Of a stretch of 64,000 nucleotides of DNA, positions 30,347-40,267 are shown one piece after another (the stretch's first letter is position 1; each line of letters starts with the position of its first letter). A model generated the notes under the pieces. That model did not search any database. It was not told the origin of the DNA and saw nothing but the letters and a program-made list of their open reading frames with translations. The DNA lies in the NCBI GenBank assembly GCA_934162535.1, contig CAKPJC010000001.1, positions 15,577-79,576 of the forward strand, in the 5' to 3' direction. The translations under genes and the position numbers were made by a program. The DNA comes from an uncultured Clostridia bacterium (GTDB lineage Bacteria; Bacillota; Clostridia; TANB77; CAG-508).

Positions 30347-31444
30347 ATGTCAAAAGATTTGAATTATATATACAAAGTTTTAAGAAAGATTTTAAATATA
30401 ATATTAATACTAATAGGTACATACTTAGGAATAAAAATGGCTATTTTTTATATGCCATTTTTAATAGCATTCATAATTTCGTTGATGGTTGAACCAGCGA
30501 TAAAATATTTAATGAAAAAAACGAATATGACAAGAAAAATGTCATCAATAATTATATTTATAATAGTGTTTTCAATAATAATAGGATTAATTATATGGGG
30601 GATAGTTTCATTAATATCAGAATCTACAAATTTATTACAAACATTAAACTTATACATAGACAAAACATATACACAAATACAAGATGTTATAAAAAGGGTA
30701 TCAGTAACAAAAATTAATGTATCAAGTAATATTGTAAATCTTGTACAAGATAGTTCAAAGGAAATACTAATAAGACTTTCATCATGGCTTACAAATTTTT
30801 TAACAAAGTTAATAGAGATGATAACATCGTTGCCAGCAATAGGAATATATACAGTAATAACAATACTATCATTATATTTTATATGTACAGATAAAATATA
30901 TATATTAGATTTAATGGAACATCATATGCCTAAAAAATGGGTAAGAAAAATAGGAACACACATAAGAGAAATAACAAAAAGTTTAGGTGGATATTTAAAA
31001 GCAGAAGCAATACTTATACTTGTATCATTTGTAATATCTGTTATTGGTTTATATATTTTTAAATTCACTGGGATGAATATGAAATATCCATTATTAATAG
31101 CACTTGGAATAGCATTTGTTGATGCATTACCAATTCTTGGTTCAGGATCTGTTATGGTACCTTGGGGAATAATTTCAGCACTAAATGGAGATATACAATT
31201 AGGAATGGCAGTAATAATATTATGGATTATAATGTCAATAGTAAGACAATTTTTAGAACCTAAAATAGTTAGTGGAAAAATAGGAATACACCCAATATTT
31301 ACTTTAGTTGCAATGTATACAGGATTTAAAATTATGGGAGTAATGGGGATGCTTATAGGCCCAATAGTATTAATAATCTTGAAAAATATATTTGCAACAG
31401 TATTAGAACAGGGATTAGCAAAAAGTATTGTTGAAAAAATGTAG
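30347..31444 (+). CDS. AI-2E family transporter (YtvI/PerM-like sporulation integral membrane protein)
   Basis: About 8 TM segments and a conserved C-terminal GPIVLIILKN region typical of AI-2E/UPF0118 proteins. Confidence 0.7.
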   Translation: MSKDLNYIYKVLRKILNIILILIGTYLGIKMAIFYMPFLIAFIISLMVEPAIKYLMKKTNMTRKMSSIIIFIIVFSIIIGLIIWGIVSLISESTNLLQTLNLYIDKTYTQIQDVIKRVSVTKINVSSNIVNLVQDSSKEILIRLSSWLTNFLTKLIEMITSLPAIGIYTVITILSLYFICTDKIYILDLMEHHMPKKWVRKIGTHIREITKSLGGYLKAEAILILVSFVISVIGLYIFKFTGMNMKYPLLIALGIAFVDALPILGSGSVMVPWGIISALNGDIQLGMAVIILWIIMSIVRQFLEPKIVSGKIGIHPIFTLVAMYTGFKIMGVMGMLIGPIVLIILKNIFATVLEQGLAKSIVEKM

Positions 31445-31501
31445 AATAATTATAAAAAAAGCTCATACATTTTAATAGAAAGATGAAATGGAGGGCTTTT
31501 T

Positions 31502-32053
31502 ATGTTTATATATAATTTCAAAATTAGAGGAGGAATTGCACTAAGAATAATATTGATATTATTATCTATTTTTATGCTAGTAGTGTTTTCAATATCAATT
31601 TATAGAATTTTTATAACAAGTGGAAAATTCAAAGTAAAAGATAATATAGGAGAAAAAGAAATTACGAAAATCGAACCACAGAATTATACAAACATATTAC
31701 AAGCAGTACATGATAATCCAGATTCATATATTGGAATGAAAGTTGAATTTACAGGATATATGTATAGACTATTTGATTTTGAAAAAGATGAATTTGTTAT
31801 TGCAAGAGATATGAGCATAAATAATGAGAAAACACAAACGGTTGTTGTTGGATTTTTATGCCAATATAAAGATGCAGATAATTTTGAAGATGGAACATGG
31901 GTAAATTTAATAGGTGTAATAGAAAAAGGAAAATATCATAATCAGGAAATACCAGTACTAAAAGTTACAAATATGGAAAAATCAGAAAGGCCAGATGTGA
32001 CAGTAGTAAATCCACCAGACAATACATATATACAAACAAATGGGATATTTTAA
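31502..32053 (+). CDS. membrane-anchored hypothetical protein (N-terminal TM, about 150-aa extracytoplasmic domain)
   Basis: ORF with an SD and an N-terminal hydrophobic segment. It lies just downstream of the AI-2E transporter gene. Confidence 0.6.
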   Translation: MFIYNFKIRGGIALRIILILLSIFMLVVFSISIYRIFITSGKFKVKDNIGEKEITKIEPQNYTNILQAVHDNPDSYIGMKVEFTGYMYRLFDFEKDEFVIARDMSINNEKTQTVVVGFLCQYKDADNFEDGTWVNLIGVIEKGKYHNQEIPVLKVTNMEKSERPDVTVVNPPDNTYIQTNGIF

Positions 32054-32103
32054 TAGAAAAATCCAAAAAATTAACATAAAATGTGAAAAAAGTCGAAATT
32101 CTA

Positions 32104-32132
32104 TTGATTTACAGGCAAAATCCATGTATAAT
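32104..32132 (+). promoter_or_regulatory. near-consensus sigma-A promoter (TTGATT-17-TATAAT) for the GC-rich beta-CASP gene
   Basis: Hexamers at 32104-32109 and 32127-32132 with a 17-nt spacer. It is followed by the SD AAGGGAG and ATG 32188. Confidence 0.55.
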
Positions 32133-32187
32133 AGTAATGTAGGCAATTACGAATCTTGAAAACAATAAAATTCAAGGGAGTGATTTT

Positions 32188-33708
32188 ATGAAAGCCAGAA
32201 GAGGTTTATCTCTGGACATAACAGCTCTACACAAGGAAGTAACAGGCTCGTGTCTGTACGTCACTGTGAGAGAAGGAGATAACCGGCAAGTAAACTTCTT
32301 GGTAGACTGTGGATTATTCCAGGAGTCCCAGTACGACTATTTGAATGCGGAGCCATTCCCGTTCAATAGCGAAAATGTTGATTTTTGTGTTGTTACACAC
32401 AATCACACAGATCACATTGGGAAACTCCCACAACTCGTTAAAAGTGGGTTCACTGGAAAAATCTACGCTCCAGAATCTACGGCAGAATTATTGCCGTTGG
32501 CAATCCAAAACACATTCGAAATCATGAAGGAGGACTATAAAAAGCAGGGAAAAAAGTTGCTGTACACGGAGGATGATGTTGAAGCTGTTTACAATCAGCT
32601 GGTACCGTGCAAGTATGAAAAGACATTCTATGTTGATTCTAATATCAGCATAACGATATTCGATAATGCACACTTAATTGGTGCAGGGATGATATATGTT
32701 CGAATTTGCGAACAAGGAGAGAAGGAAATTAATCTCCTATTTACGGGAGATTACAAGAAAAAAAACGTATTCAAACAAGTAGCTCGACTGCCCAAGTGGA
32801 TAAGAAAAAAGCCGATGATTATCGTATCTGAGGCAACATATGGAACGACAGACTCCTACGAAGTTGAAAAACACTTTGAAGAGGACGTCGAAAGATTAAC
32901 CAAAGAGCATAAAAACATGCTCATATCTGCGACGGCTCAGGGGCGAGCACAAGAGCTTCTGTATGCCCTGAAGAGGCTTCAAGACAGAGAGAAGCTGAAT
33001 ACGGAAATTCCAATCGGCTTGGACGGAAAGCTGGCACATCAGTATACTCGGATGTATAGAAGTGGTAGGTTGGAAGTTAGCAAAGACAAGATAGACTTCT
33101 TACCAAGGAACTTCTTCTGGTTGAATAAGGACAACCGAGAAGAGTTCTACGCAAACAATAAACAGAAGATTATTGTTTGCACTTCGGGAATGTTGGATCA
33201 TGGTCCAGCACAGCTATATCTTCCGAGAGTACTCGAAAGAACGGACTGGGCAGTGTATGTAACATGCTATTGTCCTGAGACAACATTCGGGTATAGGTTA
33301 CAAAATGCCAAGAACGGTAAGGTAAAAATCCAAGGAAAAGAGGTTCAAGTAAGAGCTCAGGTGCTAAGTACGGCAGAATATTCTGCACACGCCAAGGCTG
33401 ACGAGATCGAACAATTCATTAAAGAGTTCGAGAATCCTTGGCTGGTACTTCTTAATCACGGAGATACAGGAGTGACCAAACAATTCGCGATGCGCCTTGA
33501 ACTCAAGGATGTTGCAAGAAGAGTTGAAATACTTGGGTCTCACACAGTGAGAATTACCAACGGAACTGAAGCAAAGGTTCTTGGTTCCAAACTCAACAAT
33601 GAAGCAAAGCCTAAAATTAAGAAGAATAAAGCAACTAACATGAAGAAAGTAAAAGGAAAGAAGGAGAATCTCAAAAAGAGATTCAGAGGAGCATTTAGGA
33701 GGAAATAA
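32188..33708 (+). CDS. metallo-beta-lactamase-fold beta-CASP family hydrolase (RNase J/CPSF73-like nuclease fold) with a Lys-rich C-terminal tail; anomalously GC-rich and foreign codon usage
   Basis: HNHTDH (motif 2), the SEATYG acidic motif, EYSAHA (His motif B) and LNHGD (His motif C) in the correct order. By eye the GC is about 45% with CTG, CCG, CGG and GTC codons. It has its own promoter and terminator. Confidence 0.75.
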   Translation: MKARRGLSLDITALHKEVTGSCLYVTVREGDNRQVNFLVDCGLFQESQYDYLNAEPFPFNSENVDFCVVTHNHTDHIGKLPQLVKSGFTGKIYAPESTAELLPLAIQNTFEIMKEDYKKQGKKLLYTEDDVEAVYNQLVPCKYEKTFYVDSNISITIFDNAHLIGAGMIYVRICEQGEKEINLLFTGDYKKKNVFKQVARLPKWIRKKPMIIVSEATYGTTDSYEVEKHFEEDVERLTKEHKNMLISATAQGRAQELLYALKRLQDREKLNTEIPIGLDGKLAHQYTRMYRSGRLEVSKDKIDFLPRNFFWLNKDNREEFYANNKQKIIVCTSGMLDHGPAQLYLPRVLERTDWAVYVTCYCPETTFGYRLQNAKNGKVKIQGKEVQVRAQVLSTAEYSAHAKADEIEQFIKEFENPWLVLLNHGDTGVTKQFAMRLELKDVARRVEILGSHTVRITNGTEAKVLGSKLNNEAKPKIKKNKATNMKKVKGKKENLKKRFRGAFRRK

Positions 33709-33722
33709 AACATAAAATCATA

Positions 33723-33750
33723 AAAGGAGACCCTAGTTGGGTCTCCTTTT
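33723..33750 (+). terminator. rho-independent terminator (AAAGGAGACCC-TAGTT-GGGTCTCCTTT followed by T2)
   Basis: Perfect 11-bp GC-containing stem immediately after the stop at 33706-33708. Confidence 0.7.
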
Positions 33751-33927
33751 CATAAGGATTTTTAATAGAATATTTAAAAAAATTTCCGGTTTTTACTTAA
33801 CAAAAAGAATAAAAAAATAATATAAGAATAAAAAATTGAATTTTATGTAAAAATTTTCAAAAAAACTTGAAAAAACTAGTTAATCATGTTATATTAGAAT
33901 GGTATCTATGAAAGGAAGGATAGAAAG

Positions 33928-36678
33928 ATGGGAGTAATTAACAAAATATTTAAGAGCTACAGCGAAAAAGAAGTAAAGAGAGTAATGCCAATAGTAGAAA
34001 AAATAAATGCATTAGAAGATGAGATGACAAAACTTAGTGATGAAGAACTAAAAAATAAAACAGATAAATTAAAAAATGAATTAAAAGAAGGGAAAACTCT
34101 TGATGACATATTACCAGAAGCATTTGCAGTTGTAAGAGAAGCTTCAAAAAGAGTATTAGGAATGAGACACTTTGATGTACAATTAATAGGTGGAATAATA
34201 TTACACCAAGGTAGAATTGCCGAAATGAAAACAGGTGAAGGAAAAACATTAGTAGCAACACTACCAGTATATCTAAATGCACTTACAGGAAAAGGAGTGC
34301 ATGTAATAACAGTAAATGATTACCTAGCCAAAAGAGATAGTGAATGGATGGGAAAACTTTACAAATTCTTAGGGCTATCAGTAGGACTTGCAATAGCAGG
34401 AATGAACCCAAAAGAAAAACAAGAAGCATATGCATGTGATATAACATATGGAACAAACAATGAATTTGGATTTGATTACCTAAGAGATAACATGGTAATA
34501 TACGAGAACCAATTAGTACAAAGAGGACTAAATTATGCAATTGTCGATGAGATAGACAGTATATTAATAGATGAAGCAAGAACACCACTTATAATATCAG
34601 GTAGAGCAAACCAATCATCAGACCTTTACAAAAAAGCAAATGACTTTGTAAAAAGACTAACACCAAGAGTAATAGTAGAAGAAGATGTAAAAGATGAAGT
34701 ACAAGCAGAAGACAACGAAAAATATGATTATATAGTTGACTTAAAAGCAAAATCAGCATCATTAACACTAAAAGGAATAAAAAAAGCAGAAGAATTCTTC
34801 AGACTAGAAAACTTCAATGATATAGAAAACTCAACATTAGTACACCATGTAAATCAAGCATTGAGAGCACATGGAGTTATGAAGAAAGACATAGACTACA
34901 TAGTAAAAGATGGAGAAGTACTAATAGTTGATGAATTTACAGGACGTATAATGTATGGAAGAAGATACAACAATGGATTGCATCAAGCAATAGAAGCAAA
35001 AGAAGGAGTTAAAATTGCAGATGAATCAAAAACATTGGCAACAATAACATTCCAGAACTATTTCAGAATGTATGATAAATTATCAGGTATGACAGGTACT
35101 GCTATGACAGAAGAAGCTGAATTTGAAGAGATATACAATTTAGACGTTATATCAATACCAACAAACAGACCAATGATAAGAAAAGATGAACATGATGTAA
35201 TATACAAAAATGAAAATGCAAAATTTAGAGCTATTGTTGAAAGCATAAAAGAAAGTCATAAAAAGGGACAACCAGTACTAGTTGGTACAGTATCAATAGA
35301 AAAATCTGAAAAATTAAGTGCTATACTAAAAAAAGAAGGAATTAAACATGAAGTATTAAATGCCAAATTCCATGAAAAAGAAGCTGAAATAATAGCACAA
35401 GCCGGAAAATTTGGAGCAGTAACAATAGCAACAAACATGGCAGGTCGTGGTACAGATATTATGCTTGGAGGAAACAGTGAATATCTTGCAAAACAAGAAA
35501 TGAGAAGAAACAAAGTTCCAGAAAACCTAATAGAAGAATCAAATACTTATTATGAAACAGATGACCAACAAATATTAAGAGCAAGAGAAGAATTCAAAAA
35601 ATTAGAAGAAAAATATTCTAAAGAAATAAAAGAAGAAAAAGAAAAAGTAATTGAAGCTGGAGGACTAAAAATAATTGGTACAGAAAGACATGAATCAAGA
35701 AGAATTGATAATCAGCTTCGTGGACGTAGTGGACGTCAAGGAGATCCAGGAGAATCTAAATTCTATATAGGGCTAGATGATGACTTAATGAAAATATTTG
35801 GTGGAGACATGATTACAAAGGTATATAATTCAATAGGAATGGATGAAAATGTACCAATACAAAATAGAATGATAAGTAATGCAGTAGAATCTGCACAAAA
35901 GAAAGTTGAAGGAAGAAACTTCAGCATTAGAAAAAATGTATTAAAATATGATGATGTAATGAATGTCCAAAGAGAAGTAATATACAAACAAAGAAGACAA
36001 GTTCTTGATGGAGAGAACCTAAGCGAAAGCATTAAGAAAATGATAGAATCATTATCAGAAGAAGTTGTATTAACATATGCTAGCAATGATGGAGAAGAAA
36101 TTAATGTTGAATCATTAGATACAGACATAAGAAACATATTCGGAATTGAAATGGCAGAATTTATAAAAGAAAATTCAAAAGATTCAAATGCTATAATTTC
36201 AAAATTACAAGAACTAGCATTAAACAAATATGCAGAAAAAGAAACTGAAATAGGTAGTGAATATCTAAGAGAACTTGAAAGAGTTGTTATGCTAAAAGTT
36301 GTTGACCAAAAATGGATGGATCATATAGACAGCATGGACGAACTAAAAAATGGTATAGGACTTCGTGCATATGGACAACAAGATCCAGTTGTTAAGTACA
36401 GAACAGAAGGAATGGAAATGTTTGAAGAAATGGTACTTGATATTAAACATGATATTGTTCAAATTCTTATGAATCTTCGTAAACAAGAAGATGTTAAGAG
36501 AGAGGAAACAGCTAAAATAACAGGTGCAGCTTTACAAGCAATAAATAGCGTAGATTCTGGAGAACAAATAAAATCAGATGTAAACAGAACAGTTGTAAAT
36601 CAAGAGCCAAAAATTGGAAGAAACGACCCATGTCCATGTGGAAGTGGTAAGAAGTATAAGAATTGCTGTGGGAAGTAA
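33928..36678 (+). CDS. secA: preprotein translocase ATPase SecA
   Basis: DEAD-like motor motifs ([31 protein letters not shown]) and the C-terminal zinc motif [14 protein letters not shown], 916 aa. Confidence 0.95.
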   Translation: MGVINKIFKSYSEKEVKRVMPIVEKINALEDEMTKLSDEELKNKTDKLKNELKEGKTLDDILPEAFAVVREASKRVLGMRHFDVQLIGGIILHQGRIAEMKTGEGKTLVATLPVYLNALTGKGVHVITVNDYLAKRDSEWMGKLYKFLGLSVGLAIAGMNPKEKQEAYACDITYGTNNEFGFDYLRDNMVIYENQLVQRGLNYAIVDEIDSILIDEARTPLIISGRANQSSDLYKKANDFVKRLTPRVIVEEDVKDEVQAEDNEKYDYIVDLKAKSASLTLKGIKKAEEFFRLENFNDIENSTLVHHVNQALRAHGVMKKDIDYIVKDGEVLIVDEFTGRIMYGRRYNNGLHQAIEAKEGVKIADESKTLATITFQNYFRMYDKLSGMTGTAMTEEAEFEEIYNLDVISIPTNRPMIRKDEHDVIYKNENAKFRAIVESIKESHKKGQPVLVGTVSIEKSEKLSAILKKEGIKHEVLNAKFHEKEAEIIAQAGKFGAVTIATNMAGRGTDIMLGGNSEYLAKQEMRRNKVPENLIEESNTYYETDDQQILRAREEFKKLEEKYSKEIKEEKEKVIEAGGLKIIGTERHESRRIDNQLRGRSGRQGDPGESKFYIGLDDDLMKIFGGDMITKVYNSIGMDENVPIQNRMISNAVESAQKKVEGRNFSIRKNVLKYDDVMNVQREVIYKQRRQVLDGENLSESIKKMIESLSEEVVLTYASNDGEEINVESLDTDIRNIFGIEMAEFIKENSKDSNAIISKLQELALNKYAEKETEIGSEYLRELERVVMLKVVDQKWMDHIDSMDELKNGIGLRAYGQQDPVVKYRTEGMEMFEEMVLDIKHDIVQILMNLRKQEDVKREETAKITGAALQAINSVDSGEQIKSDVNRTVVNQEPKIGRNDPCPCGSGKKYKNCCGK

Positions 36679-36775
36679 GAAAAAATAAGAACATTTCTAA
36701 AGTTCAAAAATTATCAAGAGGGTTCAGATTTCATAACTTATCCACAAAATATTAAGAATTTGTAGCAAAATAAAG

Positions 36776-36810
36776 GTGTCAACAAGAAATAATTTGTTGA
36801 CACTTTTCAT
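36776..36810 (+). terminator. rho-independent terminator after secA (GTGTCAAC-12 nt loop-GTTGACAC followed by T4)
   Basis: Perfect 8-bp stem followed by TTTTCATCTTT. Confidence 0.55.
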
Positions 36811-36832
36811 CTTTAGGAAGGAATGAGAAAAA

Positions 36833-37327
36833 ATGAAAGAAGAAAAAATAAACCTATGGAATGAAATAATAGAAAAATTAAGTGAAAAAAAACTAACAAT
36901 ATCAACAATGGAAAGTTGTACTGGAGGTGGAATAGCAAATGAAATAACAAATATTTCTGGAGCATCAATGATATTCAAAGAGGCATATGTTACATATAGC
37001 AATGAGGCGAAAATAAAGCAAGGAGTAGCAAAAGAAAAAATAGAAAAATACACTGTATATAGTCCTGAAGTTGCAAAAGAAATGGCAAGAGCAGTAAAAC
37101 AAAATACAAAGTCAGCTATATCAATTGGAGTAACAGGTCAACTAGGAAGAATAGATCCAAACAATCCAGTTGATAAACTAAATACGGTATGGTATGCAAT
37201 TCTTAATAACAAAAATGAATATATGGTTCAAGAAGTACATGTACCAGATGCGAAAAGAGAAAAACAAAAAGAGATAGTAATAGAGGACATAGCGAAAAAA
37301 CTTTTAAAAAACCTAGAAAGCGAATAA
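36833..37327 (+). CDS. CinA C-terminal domain protein (nicotinamide-nucleotide amidohydrolase PncC-like)
   Basis: TMESCTGGGIA, GAS.IFKEAYVTYSNEAK and SIGVTG blocks typical of the CinA C-terminal domain. Confidence 0.8.
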   Translation: MKEEKINLWNEIIEKLSEKKLTISTMESCTGGGIANEITNISGASMIFKEAYVTYSNEAKIKQGVAKEKIEKYTVYSPEVAKEMARAVKQNTKSAISIGVTGQLGRIDPNNPVDKLNTVWYAILNNKNEYMVQEVHVPDAKREKQKEIVIEDIAKKLLKNLESE

Positions 37328-37356
37328 AAGAATTATTATAATATTAGGAGGTAAAT

Positions 37357-38115
37357 ATGAAACAAAATATTTATGATGACGAAAAATTCTTTGAAAAATA
37401 TGACGAACTCAGAATAAATCAAAAAGGTTTAAATGCGAATGACCTAATTGAAATACCAGCATTTAGAGCAATAATGCCAGATGTAAAAAATAAGAGATTA
37501 CTAGATTTAGGATGTGGCTATGGAGAAAATGATAAATATTACAAAGAACTAGGTGCAAAAAGTGTGTTAGGGGTAGATATTTCTACACATATGATAGAAA
37601 TGGCTAATAAAAATAATAAAATGAAGGATGTTGAATATAAAGTAATGGCGATGGAAGATATATATCAGATTAATGAAAAATTTGATGTAGTAATATCATC
37701 ATTAGCATTTCATTATATAAAAGACTATAACAAATTAATATCAGATATTTATAAATTAATGAATAATGGAGGATATTTAATATTTTCACAAGAACATCCA
37801 TTTACAACATGTATAAAATATACGGAAAATGTAAAAAAGGGGCATACAATAATAGACAATAAATATTTTGGTTTATTTTCAGATTACAACAGACCAGGTT
37901 TAAGAACGAAAGAATGGTTTGAAGAGGAAGTAATAAAATATCATAGAACATTCACTGAAATTATTAATATACTTATTAATAATGGTTTTACAATAGAAAA
38001 AATTGAAGAACCTATTGCGAGCCAAGAAGCGGTAGCAAAAAATCCGAAATATATAAATCAACTAGACAGACCGTTTTTCTTAATAGTAAAAGCAAAGAAG
38101 AATGCTATAAAGTAA
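37357..38115 (+). CDS. class I SAM-dependent methyltransferase
   Basis: Motif I LDLGCGYGEN, a post-I acidic residue and motif II DVVISSLAFHY. Confidence 0.75.
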   Translation: MKQNIYDDEKFFEKYDELRINQKGLNANDLIEIPAFRAIMPDVKNKRLLDLGCGYGENDKYYKELGAKSVLGVDISTHMIEMANKNNKMKDVEYKVMAMEDIYQINEKFDVVISSLAFHYIKDYNKLISDIYKLMNNGGYLIFSQEHPFTTCIKYTENVKKGHTIIDNKYFGLFSDYNRPGLRTKEWFEEEVIKYHRTFTEIINILINNGFTIEKIEEPIASQEAVAKNPKYINQLDRPFFLIVKAKKNAIK

Positions 38116-38132
38116 AAAGAGAGGAAATAAAA

Positions 38133-38642
38133 ATGAAAATAAATGTAGTAATGGTAGAACCAGAAATACCACAAAACACAGGAAACATAGCAAGGACATG
38201 TTCAGCAATAGGGGCGAAGCTTCATCTAGTGCATCCTTTAGGATTTCAAATAAGTGACAAATATTTAAAAAGAGCAGGGTTAGATTATTGGGACAAACTA
38301 GAAATAGAAGAACATGCATCATTAAAAAGTTTTTTAGAAAAATACAAACCAGAAGAACATAATATGTTTTTTGCTTCAACGAAATCAAAAAGATGTTACT
38401 CAGATGTAGATTATAGTCAAATGGAAGAAGTATTTATACTATTTGGGAAAGAGACAAAGGGACTTCCAGAAGATGTACTACAAAAATATATGAATAAAGA
38501 CATAAGAATACCAATGAGAGAAACATTACGTTCATTAAACTTATCAAATTCAGTAGCAATAATAGTATATGAAATATTAAGACAAGTAAAATTTGAAGGG
38601 TTACAAGAAACAAGTGAATACTTTAAAAAAGAATTATATTAA
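38133..38642 (+). CDS. trmL: tRNA (cytidine/uridine-2'-O)-methyltransferase TrmL (SpoU/TrmH family)
   Basis: EPEIPQNTGNIARTC, FGKETKGLP and LNLSNSVAIIVYE SPOUT motifs, 169 aa. Confidence 0.8.
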   Translation: MKINVVMVEPEIPQNTGNIARTCSAIGAKLHLVHPLGFQISDKYLKRAGLDYWDKLEIEEHASLKSFLEKYKPEEHNMFFASTKSKRCYSDVDYSQMEEVFILFGKETKGLPEDVLQKYMNKDIRIPMRETLRSLNLSNSVAIIVYEILRQVKFEGLQETSEYFKKELY

Positions 38643-38715
38643 ATATAAAAACCAAATTGACAAAAACAATAAAAAAACATAGAATAATTGTAAAAAATAA
38701 GTGAAGGAGGATTTT

Positions 38716-39180
38716 ATGGATGATATATTTTTAGAATTAATAGACAGAAGAAAAAAAGTTGAAATCGAAATCATACAAGACTGTAATAAATATACAGAAA
38801 AATATGGACTAAAACTAACTGACAAGCAAATAGCAAACATAATAGAAAAAAAGAAAGAAGTATTGAAACAAACAGGAAGAGTAGAATTTGGAAAAAGTAT
38901 AATAGACCAAATAATACAGAAATTTTGTGATTCACCATACTTAAATCAAGAAAATTATGAAGAAACAATACAGGACTTAATAGAGATATTTTATGAATAC
39001 AAAAATGAAACAAAAGATTTAATAACTGATGAAGAATTAATAGAAATCATGAAAAAAGGATTTGATGGAAAAGCTAGTGGAGACACTAAATATCTGGAAG
39101 GTACAATAATGAGTAAACTAAAAGAGGATATACTAAATGGAAAACCAGTAGAAAATATAATAAAAGGAGAGTTCAAGTGA
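38716..39180 (+). CDS. hypothetical protein; likely the intact N-terminal part of a decayed longer gene
   Basis: The GAAGGAGG SD lies 4 nt before ATG 38716; the track's GTG at 38701 overlaps the SD. The ORF ends at TGA 39178-39180, after which coding-like sequence continues in broken frames. Confidence 0.55.
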   Translation: MDDIFLELIDRRKKVEIEIIQDCNKYTEKYGLKLTDKQIANIIEKKKEVLKQTGRVEFGKSIIDQIIQKFCDSPYLNQENYEETIQDLIEIFYEYKNETKDLITDEELIEIMKKGFDGKASGDTKYLEGTIMSKLKEDILNGKPVENIIKGEFK

Positions 39181-39565
39181 AAGAACTTTATAAAATATCT
39201 AAGATAGAAAAAGAAAATCTTGATTCAAAATCCAGAGTTTAAAGCGTATGACAAAATAATAACAGCAGACTATCCAATATACAATGAAAAAGCATATAAA
39301 TATGATGGAATAGAATTTATAAGGCGATATGTAAATTCAATATACTTAGAAAATCAATTTTGCTAAAAGTTCAGAATTGAAAAAATTGAGGACTTATTAT
39401 TAGGATATTCAGAAAACTATTAAAAACTAGTTATATGAAAAATTACTAAAAGGTGAAAAGAAATTGCAAGAATATTGTGAAAGCAATTTTAAAATGATTG
39501 TAAAACAAATTGAAAATGGTGTAAAAAACAAAACATTAGATAAAGTATTTATGCCATATTATTAA
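39181..39565 (+). pseudogene. decayed continuation of the 38716 gene: coding-like segments interrupted by an in-frame TGA, a +1 frameshift, an in-frame TAA, a further frameshift and an in-frame TAG
   Basis: Translated fragments are KELYKISKIEKENLDSKSRV*, FKAYDKIITADYPIYNEKAYKYDGIEFIRRYVNSIYLENQFC*KFRIEKIEDLLLGYSENY* and DIQKTIKN*LYEKLLKGEKKLQEYCESNFKMIVKQIENGVKNKTLDKVFMPYY*. No ORF over 45 codons occurs in 385 bp of otherwise gene-dense sequence. Confidence 0.5.
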
Positions 39566-39583
39566 AATAGGGGGAAAATAAAA

Positions 39584-40267
39584 ATGAAGAAAATTGGAAA
39601 TATCCTTTGGGGAATAGTATTAATTATAATTGGAATTATAATAGGAGGAAACGCACTAGGAATTACAAATATAGACATATTTTTTGATGGATGGTGGACA
39701 CTATTCATAATAATACCATGTTTTATTGGACTAATAAAAGATAATGATAAAACAGGAAGCATAATAGGATTAATAGTTGGAATTGCATTATTATTAGGAT
39801 GCCAAAATATATTAGACTTTGATTTAGTATGGAAGCTAGCATTTCCAGCAATATTAGTAATACTAGGAGTGTCAATAATATTCAAAGATACAATTGGTGG
39901 AAAAATAAATCAGGAAATAAAAAATCTAAATGAAAAAAGAAATGATGAAAACAAATATTGTGCAACATTTGCAGGGCAAAATGTAAAATTCGATGAAGAA
40001 GAATTTACAGGTGCAGACTTAACAGCTGTATTTGGAGGTGTTAAATGTGATTTAAGAAGAGCAATAATAAATTCAGATGTAGTAATAAATGCAAGTAGTA
40101 CATTTGGTGGAATAGAAATATATGTGCCTACAAATGTAAAAGTAAAAATAAAATCTATTTCGATATTTGGAGGTGTAGAAAATAAGACAAACACAAATGC
40201 AGATGAAAATAGTCACACAATATACATAAATGGAACTGCAATATTTGGAGGTGTTGAAGTAAAATGA
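39584..40267 (+). CDS. LiaF/YvqF-like membrane protein (N-terminal TM segments plus C-terminal DUF2154-type beta domain)
   Basis: About 4 TM segments followed by repeated FGG(V/I)E/K beta-strand blocks (VFGGVKCDL, TFGGIEIYV, IFGGVENK, IFGGVEVK). Confidence 0.6.
   Translation: MKKIGNILWGIVLIIIGIIIGGNALGITNIDIFFDGWWTLFIIIPCFIGLIKDNDKTGSIIGLIVGIALLLGCQNILDFDLVWKLAFPAILVILGVSIIFKDTIGGKINQEIKNLNEKRNDENKYCATFAGQNVKFDEEEFTGADLTAVFGGVKCDLRRAIINSDVVINASSTFGGIEIYVPTNVKVKIKSISIFGGVENKTNTNADENSHTIYINGTAIFGGVEVK

Noticed and set aside
36741-36749. Perfect DnaA box TTATCCACA downstream of secA
   Set aside because: It is a single isolated box with no cluster, no AT-rich DUE context beyond the genome average and no adjacent dnaA or dnaN, so it is not an origin.
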